A stretch of 64,000 nucleotides of DNA, taken from the NCBI GenBank assembly GCA_003213715.1, contig QCMN01000002.1:10038-74037 (forward strand), given 5' to 3'. The stretch comes from Pelagibacteraceae bacterium AG-422-B15. GTDB lineage: Bacteria > Pseudomonadota > Alphaproteobacteria > Pelagibacterales > AG-422-B15. The first letter of the stretch is position 1. Each line of letters starts with the position of its first letter. The position numbers were made by a program, and so were the translations under genes. Below the pieces are notes generated by a model. The model ran no database searches, had not been told where the DNA came from, and saw only the letters and a list, made by a program, of their open reading frames with translations. Positions 48,929 through 58,366 of this stretch are shown here, piece after piece.

Positions 48929-49447
48929 ATGAGCGCAGAAACAATAATAATTATTGTGCAAATGGTTGCAGCATTTGGTGTAGTTGTTTCTGTTATTTAT
49001 TTAGGAATACAAATACATCAGCAAAATGAAATCACAAAAGCGCAGTTTGGACACTCTTTAACACATAGAATGTATGAGAGGTATTTTAATACATCGAAAG
49101 ATAAAGAATTTAGTAACTTTCTCTCAAAAGATTGGGCTGCAGGCGAATTAGATAACGCAGATAAATGGAGAGTAGCAGTTTATGTAAATGCATTACTAGT
49201 GGATATTTTTGATACATATGAAAAAGTTGAAAAAGGTTTTGTTGATGAAACTCATTTAAAAATGAGAATGCATATGTTGAAATTGGGCACCATGAAAGCT
49301 CCTATTGCACAATCAACTTGGAAATATTGGAGGGGGATTAAATCAAAGGAATTTGTTGAATGGTTTGAAACTGAAATTTATGGCGATCGAGCAACTTTTA
49401 AAGAAGGTTACCAAGAAGAAATTATACCAAACGTAAGAAGGGATTAA
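48929..49447 (+). CDS. Hypothetical N-terminally membrane-anchored protein
   Basis: One N-terminal TM helix (IIIIVQMVAAFGVVVSVIYLGI) followed by a helical soluble domain. I recognise no family. Confidence 0.4.
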   Translation: MSAETIIIIVQMVAAFGVVVSVIYLGIQIHQQNEITKAQFGHSLTHRMYERYFNTSKDKEFSNFLSKDWAAGELDNADKWRVAVYVNALLVDIFDTYEKVEKGFVDETHLKMRMHMLKLGTMKAPIAQSTWKYWRGIKSKEFVEWFETEIYGDRATFKEGYQEEIIPNVRRD

Positions 49448-49465
49448 AATAAAGGAGGTTATTAA

Positions 49466-49990
49466 GTGAGAAGAATTGTTACAGGACATAATGACAATGG
49501 CAAATCTGTAATTAAAATTGATGGTCCTCCAGCACGATCTATAGGAGAGGAAATTGGAGGTTTATTCGAGATATGGAATGAGGACGGAAATACTATTGAT
49601 ACAAAAAGCAGTAAAGACAGAGCTGATAATGATATAATTTTATCCCCGCCACAAGGAGGTTCAAAATTTAGATATTTTCAAATAATGCCAACTCCTAAAG
49701 GTGTTCCACTCGAGGCGCTAAATAAAATGGCTGAGGAAGCCTTCAGTCGTATTGGTGCAGCTCATCACCGGGTTGATGTAACAAAACATCCAGCGATGCA
49801 CAAAACAAAGACAATTGATTATATTATACTGCTAAAAGGAGATGTAACTTTAATTTTGGATGAAGAAGAGGTAAAAATAAATCCATTTGATGTCGTTGTA
49901 CAGCGAGGCACAAATCACGCATGGGTAAATAATGGCTCTGAACCTGCTCTTCTAATAGCCGTATTAATAGACAGTGAATTAGCAGAATAA
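49466..49990 (+). CDS. Cupin-domain protein
   Basis: GTG start with AAGGAGG 7 nt upstream. The cupin core is HKTKTIDYIILLKGDVTLILDEEEVKINPFDVVVQRGTNHAW. Confidence 0.6.
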   Translation: MRRIVTGHNDNGKSVIKIDGPPARSIGEEIGGLFEIWNEDGNTIDTKSSKDRADNDIILSPPQGGSKFRYFQIMPTPKGVPLEALNKMAEEAFSRIGAAHHRVDVTKHPAMHKTKTIDYIILLKGDVTLILDEEEVKINPFDVVVQRGTNHAWVNNGSEPALLIAVLIDSELAE

Positions 49991-50046
49991 TTCCAAAACT
50001 AAGCTTTCCCTAGATTTTTTTAATTTATCAAGTATAAACCGATCCC

Positions 50047-50877
50047 ATGTTAAGAAAATCAGCTAGTGATATAAAATCTCTCAAAAGAAAGAGTCCAATT
50101 GTATGTCTAACTGCCTATACGGCACCAATTGCCAGAGCTATTGACGAACAGGTTGATTTAATGTTGGTTGGAGACTCGCTTGGTATGGTTCTTTATGATT
50201 ATGAGAATACACTGCAAGTTACGCTTGAACAAATGATTAAACATGCAAAATCCGTTGTTGGAGCTTCAAATAAATCTTGTGTAATTGTTGATATGCCATT
50301 TGGAACCTATGAAGAATCTGTTGAAAAAGCATTTATGAATGCTGCTCGTGTTATGAAAGAAACTAATTGCAACGGCGTTAAGCTTGAAGGCGGTCAAAAA
50401 ATGTCCAAAACAATTGAACATCTTACTAAAAGCTCAATTCCCGTCATGGGCCATATAGGACTTCAGCCACAGAGTGTATTGATTGATGGAGGATATAAAG
50501 TAAGAGGAAAAGTAAAATCTGAGTGGCAAAAATATATTGATGATGCAATTGCTGTTGAAGAAGCGGGAGCATTTTCAGTGGTTTTAGAGGGTATGGCTGA
50601 GCCTTTAGCTGCAGAAATAACTTCGATTTTAAATATTCCTACTATTGGAATAGGAGCATCTCCAAATTGTGATGGCCAGATATTAGTAACAGAAGATATG
50701 TTGGGATTAACAAACGTTGCTCCAAAATTTGTCAAAAAATACGTTGATTTAGATAACACTATTAAGAAAGCAGTAAGTAAGTATGCTGAAGAAGTTAAAG
50801 ATAGAACTTTTCCTTCATCAGACCATATCTATCATATGCGTCCACAGATTGTAAGTAATAACGGTAAAGATCAATGA
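50047..50877 (+). CDS. panB: 3-methyl-2-oxobutanoate hydroxymethyltransferase
   Basis: CLTAYTAPIA, LVGDSLGMV, VKLEGG and GHIGLQPQS blocks. Confidence 0.9.
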   Translation: MLRKSASDIKSLKRKSPIVCLTAYTAPIARAIDEQVDLMLVGDSLGMVLYDYENTLQVTLEQMIKHAKSVVGASNKSCVIVDMPFGTYEESVEKAFMNAARVMKETNCNGVKLEGGQKMSKTIEHLTKSSIPVMGHIGLQPQSVLIDGGYKVRGKVKSEWQKYIDDAIAVEEAGAFSVVLEGMAEPLAAEITSILNIPTIGIGASPNCDGQILVTEDMLGLTNVAPKFVKKYVDLDNTIKKAVSKYAEEVKDRTFPSSDHIYHMRPQIVSNNGKDQ

Positions 50878-51506
50878 GTGATATTTTAAGACAGGTCGAT
50901 GAAGATCTAAGAAAAGAAAAACTGTCTAATCTTTTTAAAAAATACGGTTTATATGTAATTTTAACTCTAGTGATAATAATAGGGTCAGTTATCGGATATC
51001 AAGTAATGGGTTCAATTGATAAATCAAAAAATGAAAAACTCATTGAAACATATATTAAAGCAACAAACAGCAAAAATATTTCAGAACAATATTCTTTATT
51101 AGATGAGCTAATTAACGCTGATAACAACTATATATCAAGTATAGCTGAATTAAAAATTGCAAATTTAAAGATAGAAAATGGGAATATTAAAGATGGGATT
51201 CTTGATTTAGAAAAATTAACTGACGATGAAAAATATGATCCAATAATTGCAGATTTAGCAACATATTTTCTACTTTTATCAAAAATTGATAATTTGAGCG
51301 AAGAAGAATTTATGAGCTATCTCACTGATGAAAGAATGCGTGATAGTAACTTCAAATATCTATTTAATGAACTTATCTCATTTAAAAAGCTTATTCTTGG
51401 AAAAAATGAAGAAAGTAAAAAAAATTTCCAGAATTTAATCAATAATCCAGATGTCCCTGTAGAGATTAAAATAAGAGCTAACAAATTTATTGAAATTATA
51501 AATTAG
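50874..51506 (+). CDS. YfgM-like membrane-anchored TPR-like protein
   Basis: N-terminal TM anchor plus a helical domain. The position upstream of bamB-der matches the conserved yfgM-bamB-der order. Confidence 0.4.
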   Translation: MSDILRQVDEDLRKEKLSNLFKKYGLYVILTLVIIIGSVIGYQVMGSIDKSKNEKLIETYIKATNSKNISEQYSLLDELINADNNYISSIAELKIANLKIENGNIKDGILDLEKLTDDEKYDPIIADLATYFLLLSKIDNLSEEEFMSYLTDERMRDSNFKYLFNELISFKKLILGKNEESKKNFQNLINNPDVPVEIKIRANKFIEIIN

Positions 51507-51507
51507 C

Positions 51508-52806
51508 ATGCTCAACAAATCATATATATTTTTATTTATATCTTTCTTTCTTATTTCATGTTCCGGGAATGATGAAACCAATGAAACTGCCAGTGGCTTT
51601 CCTGTTTTAAGTTACAGTGCAGAAATCTCTGAAACTCTAAATCTTGATCCTGGTGACATACTGATAAATGAACCAAAAGAAGTAAATTTTTGGTCTCAGC
51701 ATTTTTTGAATCCATCAAACGATCTAAATAATATTTACTCAGATGCCTCTTTTAATGATAAGTCAAAAATTATTTCTGGTAAAAAAGGGCCAGTAAATAT
51801 TATACAACCCATATTTTTTAACGATAATCTGTGCCATGTGTTAAGCCAGGGCTATATTGAATGTGTAGATACCTTAACAAGAAAAACATTGTTCAAAGTA
51901 GATGTTAGAATTGAGGGAATAAAAAAATATGAGATTGTTAGAGGCGGTATTGCCTATTTTGATAATCAATTAGTGTTTGTAGATGGATATGGTCAAATAA
52001 AATTATTAAACGCTGAAGACGGTAAAGAAATTTGGTCAACAAAAATAGAATATCCAATTTTATCGCCACCGCTTATATATAGAGGATACATATATTTTAT
52101 TTCAGCTGACAACAGAATTTTTTCAATTGATGTGACAAGTGGAGAAGTAAATTGGTCATTTCAAACAATTTCAGAAACAAAGAAAAATTTATTTACCTCA
52201 TCTCCAGTAGCATTCGAAAATACAATTATTGCCCCTTTTAGTAATGGAGAGTTGGTAGCTTTTATTTTTGATACTGGCCAGCCTATCTGGTCAGAAAATG
52301 TCTCAAAAATATCAATGGTCAGTAATTTTGATATTAAAGATATATCAGCTAGCCCTGTGGTATCAAACAATACTATTTATTCATTAAGCTCGAATGGAAA
52401 GCTTGTTTCTGTTAATGCCACTAACGGACAGAGAAATTGGGCGAAAGATTTGTCAGGGTATAGAACGCCAGTTATTACAGGGAATCAAATATATATTATT
52501 AATGAAGATGGAAAATTAATTTGTTTGAACAAAGATAGTTCAGAGGTTTACTGGATTACTGAACTATCAAAGTATAAAAAAGGTCAAAAGGCTGAAAATT
52601 TAAATCTTTGGCTAGGTCCTTATTTAATAAATAATTTAATTTATAATATTTCATATTTTGGTGAGTTAAAAGTAGTTTCACCCATCTCAGGCGAAATACT
52701 TTTAACCGAGTCAATTGGAGTTAAAGGTGCATTAGTCCCACCTATAATCCTGTCTAATTCAATTTATTTGTCTGACGAAAACTCCAACGTTTATGAATTT
52801 AAGTAA
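51508..52806 (+). CDS. bamB: Outer-membrane assembly lipoprotein BamB (PQQ-like beta-propeller)
   Basis: Lipobox FLISCSG, repeated G.V.W blocks (GKEIWS, GEVNWS, GQPIWS, GQRNWA, SEVYWI) and synteny with der. Confidence 0.7.
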   Translation: MLNKSYIFLFISFFLISCSGNDETNETASGFPVLSYSAEISETLNLDPGDILINEPKEVNFWSQHFLNPSNDLNNIYSDASFNDKSKIISGKKGPVNIIQPIFFNDNLCHVLSQGYIECVDTLTRKTLFKVDVRIEGIKKYEIVRGGIAYFDNQLVFVDGYGQIKLLNAEDGKEIWSTKIEYPILSPPLIYRGYIYFISADNRIFSIDVTSGEVNWSFQTISETKKNLFTSSPVAFENTIIAPFSNGELVAFIFDTGQPIWSENVSKISMVSNFDIKDISASPVVSNNTIYSLSSNGKLVSVNATNGQRNWAKDLSGYRTPVITGNQIYIINEDGKLICLNKDSSEVYWITELSKYKKGQKAENLNLWLGPYLINNLIYNISYFGELKVVSPISGEILLTESIGVKGALVPPIILSNSIYLSDENSNVYEFK

Positions 52807-53608
52807 AATTAATATAGGCATTATTGGAAAGCCGAATTCTGGAAAATCAACATTATTTAATACATTGCTTGGTGAGTATATTTCACCTGTTGGCGATGAA
52901 TATGGATTAACAAAATCCCTCATTAAACAAAAATTTACTCACAAAAATTTCGAATTTATTATTGTTGATACGCCTGGGCTGCGAAGAAGAAGTAAAGTAA
53001 AAGAAGAGCATGAATTGGCTCGCAATTCAGAAGTTATTAAAATAATTAATAATGTCGATGTCACAGTACTTTTAATCGACTCACTAGAAGGTATTACAAG
53101 ACAAGATTTTCGTCTTGCAGATTTAGCATTAAGTAAACATAAAATTTTATTTTTTTTATTTAATAAGTCCGATATTCTTGATGATAAAAGAAAATACCAG
53201 TTAAACATCAAAAAACATTTACGCAACAATTATAGTAAACACAAATTAATTAATATTGATTTTATTTCTGCAAAAAATAAAACAAGAATATCAAATGTTT
53301 TAAAAGAAATTATTCTAAAAAAAGAATTGATTTCAATAAAAATTAATAAACAAAAACTAAACAAATTTATTAACTATTTGAACAAAAAATCAACGTTACC
53401 ACGATTTAATAAAATAGAAATAAAACCTAAATATATTGTTCAATTAGAAAATAAAATTCCAAAGTTTAAAATATTTATAAATATTCAGAAAAAACCACCA
53501 CAATTATTTCAAAAATTTTTTGATAATTCTTTTAGAAGCTATTTCAAACTTGATGGCGTACCAATTTTGTATGATTTCAAAACTTCAAAGAATCCTTATA
53601 TCAGGTGA
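52793..53608 (+). CDS. der: Der/EngA-like GTPase consisting only of the second G domain plus the KH-like domain
   Basis: G1 is GKPNSGKST, G2 is GLT, G3 is DTPG, G4 is NKSD and G5 is ISAK. The Der-type C-terminus is ...FRSYFKLDGVPILYDFKTSKNPY. Only 271 aa, and the start overlaps the bamB stop by 14 nt. Confidence 0.7.
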   Translation: MNLSKINIGIIGKPNSGKSTLFNTLLGEYISPVGDEYGLTKSLIKQKFTHKNFEFIIVDTPGLRRRSKVKEEHELARNSEVIKIINNVDVTVLLIDSLEGITRQDFRLADLALSKHKILFFLFNKSDILDDKRKYQLNIKKHLRNNYSKHKLINIDFISAKNKTRISNVLKEIILKKELISIKINKQKLNKFINYLNKKSTLPRFNKIEIKPKYIVQLENKIPKFKIFINIQKKPPQLFQKFFDNSFRSYFKLDGVPILYDFKTSKNPYIR

Positions 53609-54293
53609 TTTCGATTATTTCTCCTGTACCAGCTTCCTTTAAAATATAATTTACAATTTTAGCAGCTACTTCTTTTGGATCACTTATCTTAGATTTATCC
53701 TCGCCAGGCATTATGACATCTCTTAGTTTTGTATTAACGGCAAGTGGACAAAAAATACTTGTTTTTATATTTGTACCTTTGTTTTCTTTTGAATAGGTCA
53801 ATAAAAGCTCATTTAACGCTGTCATAATAGGCTGATAAATGCCCCAGTAATATTCTTTTGAAGGGTCTTTTAGTGAGGAAACTGCAGCTATATAGGCATT
53901 ATTTGAACTTTTGAGCAATGAATGAAAACTCTTAACCATTCTAAAATTCGATAAGAAATTCAAGTTTATAATATTCTTAAAATTCTCTAGATCGATTGAC
54001 TCAACAGGAGAAAGTTCGTTAATAATTCCTGCTGAAAGAACTAATATATCCAAGGAAGTATCTTTGACCTGTATTTGTTTAGCCAAATTCTCAATTACAT
54101 TTTCATCACATAAATTTAAAGGAACAATTGTACACTCACAATTATTTTCAATTATTTTGTCATGAACAATTTCAAGTTTTTGTACGTTTCGAGAACATAT
54201 GTATATATGTTTAGCATAGGTAGATAACTCTATTGAAATTTCTTTTCCTATTCCTGAGGACGCACCTGTTACAAGGCAGTTAAGTTTTTTCAT
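53601..54293 (-). CDS. Short-chain dehydrogenase/reductase
   Basis: VTGASSGIGKEI cofactor motif. 230 aa. Confidence 0.75.
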   Translation of the reverse strand: MKKLNCLVTGASSGIGKEISIELSTYAKHIYICSRNVQKLEIVHDKIIENNCECTIVPLNLCDENVIENLAKQIQVKDTSLDILVLSAGIINELSPVESIDLENFKNIINLNFLSNFRMVKSFHSLLKSSNNAYIAAVSSLKDPSKEYYWGIYQPIMTALNELLLTYSKENKGTNIKTSIFCPLAVNTKLRDVIMPGEDKSKISDPKEVAAKIVNYILKEAGTGEIIEIT

Positions 54294-54308
54294 GTTTAAT
54301 GTATTAAA

Positions 54309-54827
54309 TTAAATGTCATTAATATTCCTTGGCATTTGATCAAGTAGATCAACCCCGTAATTTACTATTTCTTGGAAAGTACCTGATTTAATAATCTCTG
54401 GTATTAAATTAGAGGAAAAATTGCTATTTATGAAAAAAATTATAAGAATAAAAATTATATATCCCCGTAAAATTCCAAGAATACCACCGAAGGACATGTC
54501 AATAAATAAAGATTTCCTAGGTTGTAATATTCCAATAATCATACGATTAATAAATGATATTAAAATATAGGCTGTAATTAAAGTGAAGAAAAATATCAGT
54601 ATATCAGAAAGAGTTATATTAAGTATGTATTGGTCAAAGAATGGCCTTAAAATATCAAAACAATTTTTTATTAAATAAAAGATAATTATCCATTTTATAA
54701 GATTTAATAAGCTTTTTATTAATCCATTTTTTACTCCAAATATAAAAGAAACTAAGATAACTAATAAAAAAATAAGATCATAAGGATTCAATAACTGAGC
54801 AAGATCTAAATTCATTATTTTATTCAA
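54309..54827 (-). CDS. cvpA: CvpA-family membrane protein
   Basis: 172 aa, 4 TM segments, N-terminal DLIFLLVILVSFIFGVKNGLIKSL typical of CvpA. Confidence 0.6.
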   Translation of the reverse strand: MNKIMNLDLAQLLNPYDLIFLLVILVSFIFGVKNGLIKSLLNLIKWIIIFYLIKNCFDILRPFFDQYILNITLSDILIFFFTLITAYILISFINRMIIGILQPRKSLFIDMSFGGILGILRGYIIFILIIFFINSNFSSNLIPEIIKSGTFQEIVNYGVDLLDQMPRNINDI

Positions 54828-57253
54828 TTAAGTTTTTTTAGTAGAACTGGCAATAGTGTAAGACTTCCAAAAAGTGCAACAAGCATTGCAAGCGCAGTAA
54901 ATATACCAAAATAAATAGTTGGGTAGAAGTTTGAAAATATCAAAATAGAAAAACCAGCAATTATAGTATATGAAGTGTTTTTAATTGCCACACCAACAGT
55001 TTCATTACACTTGATTAAAGCTTCATCGTGATTGCCGCTGTTTAAAGATATATACTCTCGATACCTGTAAATATAGTGTATGCAATTATCTACAGCAATT
55101 CCGATAGTAATTGCAGCAATTGTGATAGTCATTAGATCTAGAGGAATAGACAGTAGTCCCATTGTTCCAAGTATTACAAAGCACGCAATCAGATTAGGTG
55201 TAATGGCCGCTAAAGCAGTCTTTAAAGATTTAAATAAAAAAAATAGCATTAAAAAGATACCCAAGAGAACTATAGATAATGTTTTTATTTGGGAATCAAA
55301 CAGACTTTGAAGCATATTATTATATAGAATCAAGATTCCCGTAGTTGAAACATCGATATTTGTATCGGAGTAATTAGTATTTATATAGTTATTAAGATCT
55401 TTGATAAAAAGCGATCTATTTAGTTCAGGGTGTGTATCAATTATTCTCATGGTAATTCTTGCTTGATTTTTATCTAGTAATACATACGGTTTGATGATCT
55501 GATCTTTAAGGTCATTCGGCAATTTTTTATAGAGAACAGAAAGTTCAAGAGTATCAAATTCTTTATTTGCATTAAGTTTTTCAGCCGTTCTAACTATTGA
55601 AGCAAGAGATAAAACCTTGCCAGCAAAAGAATATTGCTCAAGGTGATCATGAATTTTTTTAATAACATTAACCTTTTCTTCAGTAAACCAATAATCCGCA
55701 GGATCATATTCAATACCAAAATCAAGGAAATCATCTTCAAAATCTTCCTCAATTGTATCGTTCGCTATTGAATTAAAGTTTATTACTACATCCAAGGGAG
55801 TTGTTCCGCCCAGTTTATCATCAATTAATTTCATGCCTTTATAGATTTCAGTTTCTTTTTTAAAATAATCAACAAAACTGTTTTCAACCTTTAATTTAGT
55901 GGCGCCGTATATTCCTAAGCAAAAAATAAATATAAATAGAGTTAATAAAATATTAGGAGATTTGATTGCTAAAGATGCGAATATACTTTCTTTTTGATTA
56001 AGGTAGGTATGGTTTGCTGTATTAAGATTAAGAAGAAATATAACAACTGGCAAAAATGAAAAACTTGTAATGTAAGTTATTATTAAGCCAACACACATCA
56101 TTAAGCCAAAATCCATAACTGGCTTTATTCCGCTTGTGTAGAGAGTCGCAAATGCAAATGTAGTTGTCAATGCTGCAAATAGACATGGCTTATACATGTT
56201 TTTAATCGTCAGCAAAAGAGCATCCTTAATAGATTTTTCATTATCTTGCATTATGAATTGTCTATATCTAACTACGATATGTACAGTCATTGATAGAGAT
56301 AAAATTAAAATCAACATTATGAAGTTTGACGAAATAACAGTTACTTTCCAATCCATCAAAGATACAGTGCCTATCATCACAATTAATGAAGCTAAGCAAT
56401 TAGATATACATGCAAGCATCCATAGTGGATTTTTAAAGACTATGAAGAGGACTGCTAAGATAAAAACAAGAGCACCAAATCCAAATACGATTATATCATT
56501 TTTAACGTATGTTATTGTATCGTCTGCAATCATGGACACCCCACCGAGATGCATATCTAGTTTATTTTCAAATGTATTTATTATCTCCCTTATTTCGCTA
56601 ATATTATTATGACGCTTTTCATCAAAATTTTTTTTACTTATCTGATAATCTAAATTAATTTTTTTTAAATTATCTATATCCTCTTTTGAGGGTTCATCTA
56701 AATTTCTAAGCCTTTCTCTTTCTTGAATTAAGAGTTCATGTTTTTCATCTTTTTTAAAGTTAATTAGTACAGCAGTACTTGATGCATCTTCACTGATTAT
56801 AAGGTTTTTAAAAATAGGACTATTTAATAATTCTTTTTCAGCATCAATCAAATCAACGCCAGGTGATTCAATTGTCAGAACTTCATTAATTAAGTCTGTT
56901 AGGCTTTGATCATTTACTTCTAATAATGGAACATCAAAAATAGACTGAATACTTTCAACCCAATTTAATTTACCAACTCTTTTAACAAATAAGTTTATTT
57001 GATTTAAATTATCTTTTGTTAGGATCCTTTTTTCATCTGTAAAAGTAACAATTAAAAAATCATTTGACCCATAATCATCAATAACTAATCTATATTTTTT
57101 AAGGTCTTCGTCTTGTTCCAAGATTAAAGTATCTGATGATGCATCAAGCTGAAAATCTTTTGCACTATAGGCAAAAAATGAAATTATTAATAATAAAACG
57201 ACTAGAGAGGTATTTGTGTATTTATTGAATAGGGATAAATAAAATTTTTCCAT
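54824..57253 (-). CDS. RND-superfamily exporter of the MMPL/COG1033 type
   Basis: 809 aa. Two blocks of about 6 TM segments each are preceded by a soluble loop, an internally duplicated architecture. Confidence 0.65.
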   Translation of the reverse strand: MEKFYLSLFNKYTNTSLVVLLLIISFFAYSAKDFQLDASSDTLILEQDEDLKKYRLVIDDYGSNDFLIVTFTDEKRILTKDNLNQINLFVKRVGKLNWVESIQSIFDVPLLEVNDQSLTDLINEVLTIESPGVDLIDAEKELLNSPIFKNLIISEDASSTAVLINFKKDEKHELLIQERERLRNLDEPSKEDIDNLKKINLDYQISKKNFDEKRHNNISEIREIINTFENKLDMHLGGVSMIADDTITYVKNDIIVFGFGALVFILAVLFIVFKNPLWMLACISNCLASLIVMIGTVSLMDWKVTVISSNFIMLILILSLSMTVHIVVRYRQFIMQDNEKSIKDALLLTIKNMYKPCLFAALTTTFAFATLYTSGIKPVMDFGLMMCVGLIITYITSFSFLPVVIFLLNLNTANHTYLNQKESIFASLAIKSPNILLTLFIFIFCLGIYGATKLKVENSFVDYFKKETEIYKGMKLIDDKLGGTTPLDVVINFNSIANDTIEEDFEDDFLDFGIEYDPADYWFTEEKVNVIKKIHDHLEQYSFAGKVLSLASIVRTAEKLNANKEFDTLELSVLYKKLPNDLKDQIIKPYVLLDKNQARITMRIIDTHPELNRSLFIKDLNNYINTNYSDTNIDVSTTGILILYNNMLQSLFDSQIKTLSIVLLGIFLMLFFLFKSLKTALAAITPNLIACFVILGTMGLLSIPLDLMTITIAAITIGIAVDNCIHYIYRYREYISLNSGNHDEALIKCNETVGVAIKNTSYTIIAGFSILIFSNFYPTIYFGIFTALAMLVALFGSLTLLPVLLKKLN

Positions 57254-57256
57254 TAG

Positions 57257-58357
57257 TTATGAAATATATCTTCTTTCATATCTTTTGCCTAGATTAGTTA
57301 GTATTTCATAAGGAATAGTATTTATTGTTTTTGCAATGGTATTTATTGAAAACGTGCTTCCGATTACTTCAAATTCTTCATTCATTATATTTTTTTTTGT
57401 TTTTATATTTGTTAAGTCGATTGTTATCAGATCCATTGATACCCTTCCCACCAAATTAATTTTTTTATCTCCCAGTAATATTTTATAGTTGTTTGAAAAA
57501 AGACGATTAAAACCGTCTGCATAACCAAAGCCAAGAGTGCCGATTTTCATTTTTGATTTTGCCTTAAAAGTTGCCCCATATCCTATTGTATCCCCTTTAT
57601 ATATTTCTCTTATTTGGATTAGTTTTGCTTTTATAGAGACAACATTTTTATAAATAATTTTTTCGTTTATTTGACATTGACCTCCATAAAGTGAGATTCC
57701 AGGCCTAACCATATCAAAATGATATTTTTTACCTAGTAATATTCCTGCAGAATTAGACAAACTACATAAACAATTAGGAAAATGAGATTTAATAAAATTA
57801 AATTTATTTAATTGTATTTTATTCAATTCTGACTTTTTATCATCAGCGCAAGAAAGATGACTCATTATTAATCGAAGTTTAGATTTCTTGATCAATAATG
57901 CTTTATTTTTTAACAGATTTTCTGTTTCATTTTGATCAAGACCAAGACGTGACATTCCAGTATCAAAGTGAATAGCGATATTAAGAAAACAATTATTTTC
58001 TTTTTGATAGTTTTCTATTTTTTTTAATTGTGCAAGGTTATTAATAACAGGAATTAAATTAAACTTACGAATATTTTTTAATTCTTTCGTTACCAATCCA
58101 TTTAAAATAAAAATAAATATTCTTTTATTTAATTTACGTAAAAATATTGCTTCGTTTGTAGTGGCAACAAAAAAATACTTGCAGCCCTTTTTTATTAGGC
58201 TATTAACGACCTGATCGGCACCTAGTCCATAGGCATCAGCCTTCACTGTGGCTGCAATTATACATTTTCTACCAACAATTTGCTTAATGATATTATAGTT
58301 TTTATTAATTGCTTTTAAGTTAATGTCTAGAAATGTATTTTTATCAACATTAATCAT
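57257..58357 (-). CDS. alr: Alanine racemase
   Basis: PLP-lysine motif ATVKADAYGLG. C-terminal beta-domain with RVSMD. Confidence 0.9.
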   Translation of the reverse strand: MINVDKNTFLDINLKAINKNYNIIKQIVGRKCIIAATVKADAYGLGADQVVNSLIKKGCKYFFVATTNEAIFLRKLNKRIFIFILNGLVTKELKNIRKFNLIPVINNLAQLKKIENYQKENNCFLNIAIHFDTGMSRLGLDQNETENLLKNKALLIKKSKLRLIMSHLSCADDKKSELNKIQLNKFNFIKSHFPNCLCSLSNSAGILLGKKYHFDMVRPGISLYGGQCQINEKIIYKNVVSIKAKLIQIREIYKGDTIGYGATFKAKSKMKIGTLGFGYADGFNRLFSNNYKILLGDKKINLVGRVSMDLITIDLTNIKTKKNIMNEEFEVIGSTFSINTIAKTINTIPYEILTNLGKRYERRYIS

Positions 58358-58366
58358 TCTTGAAAA

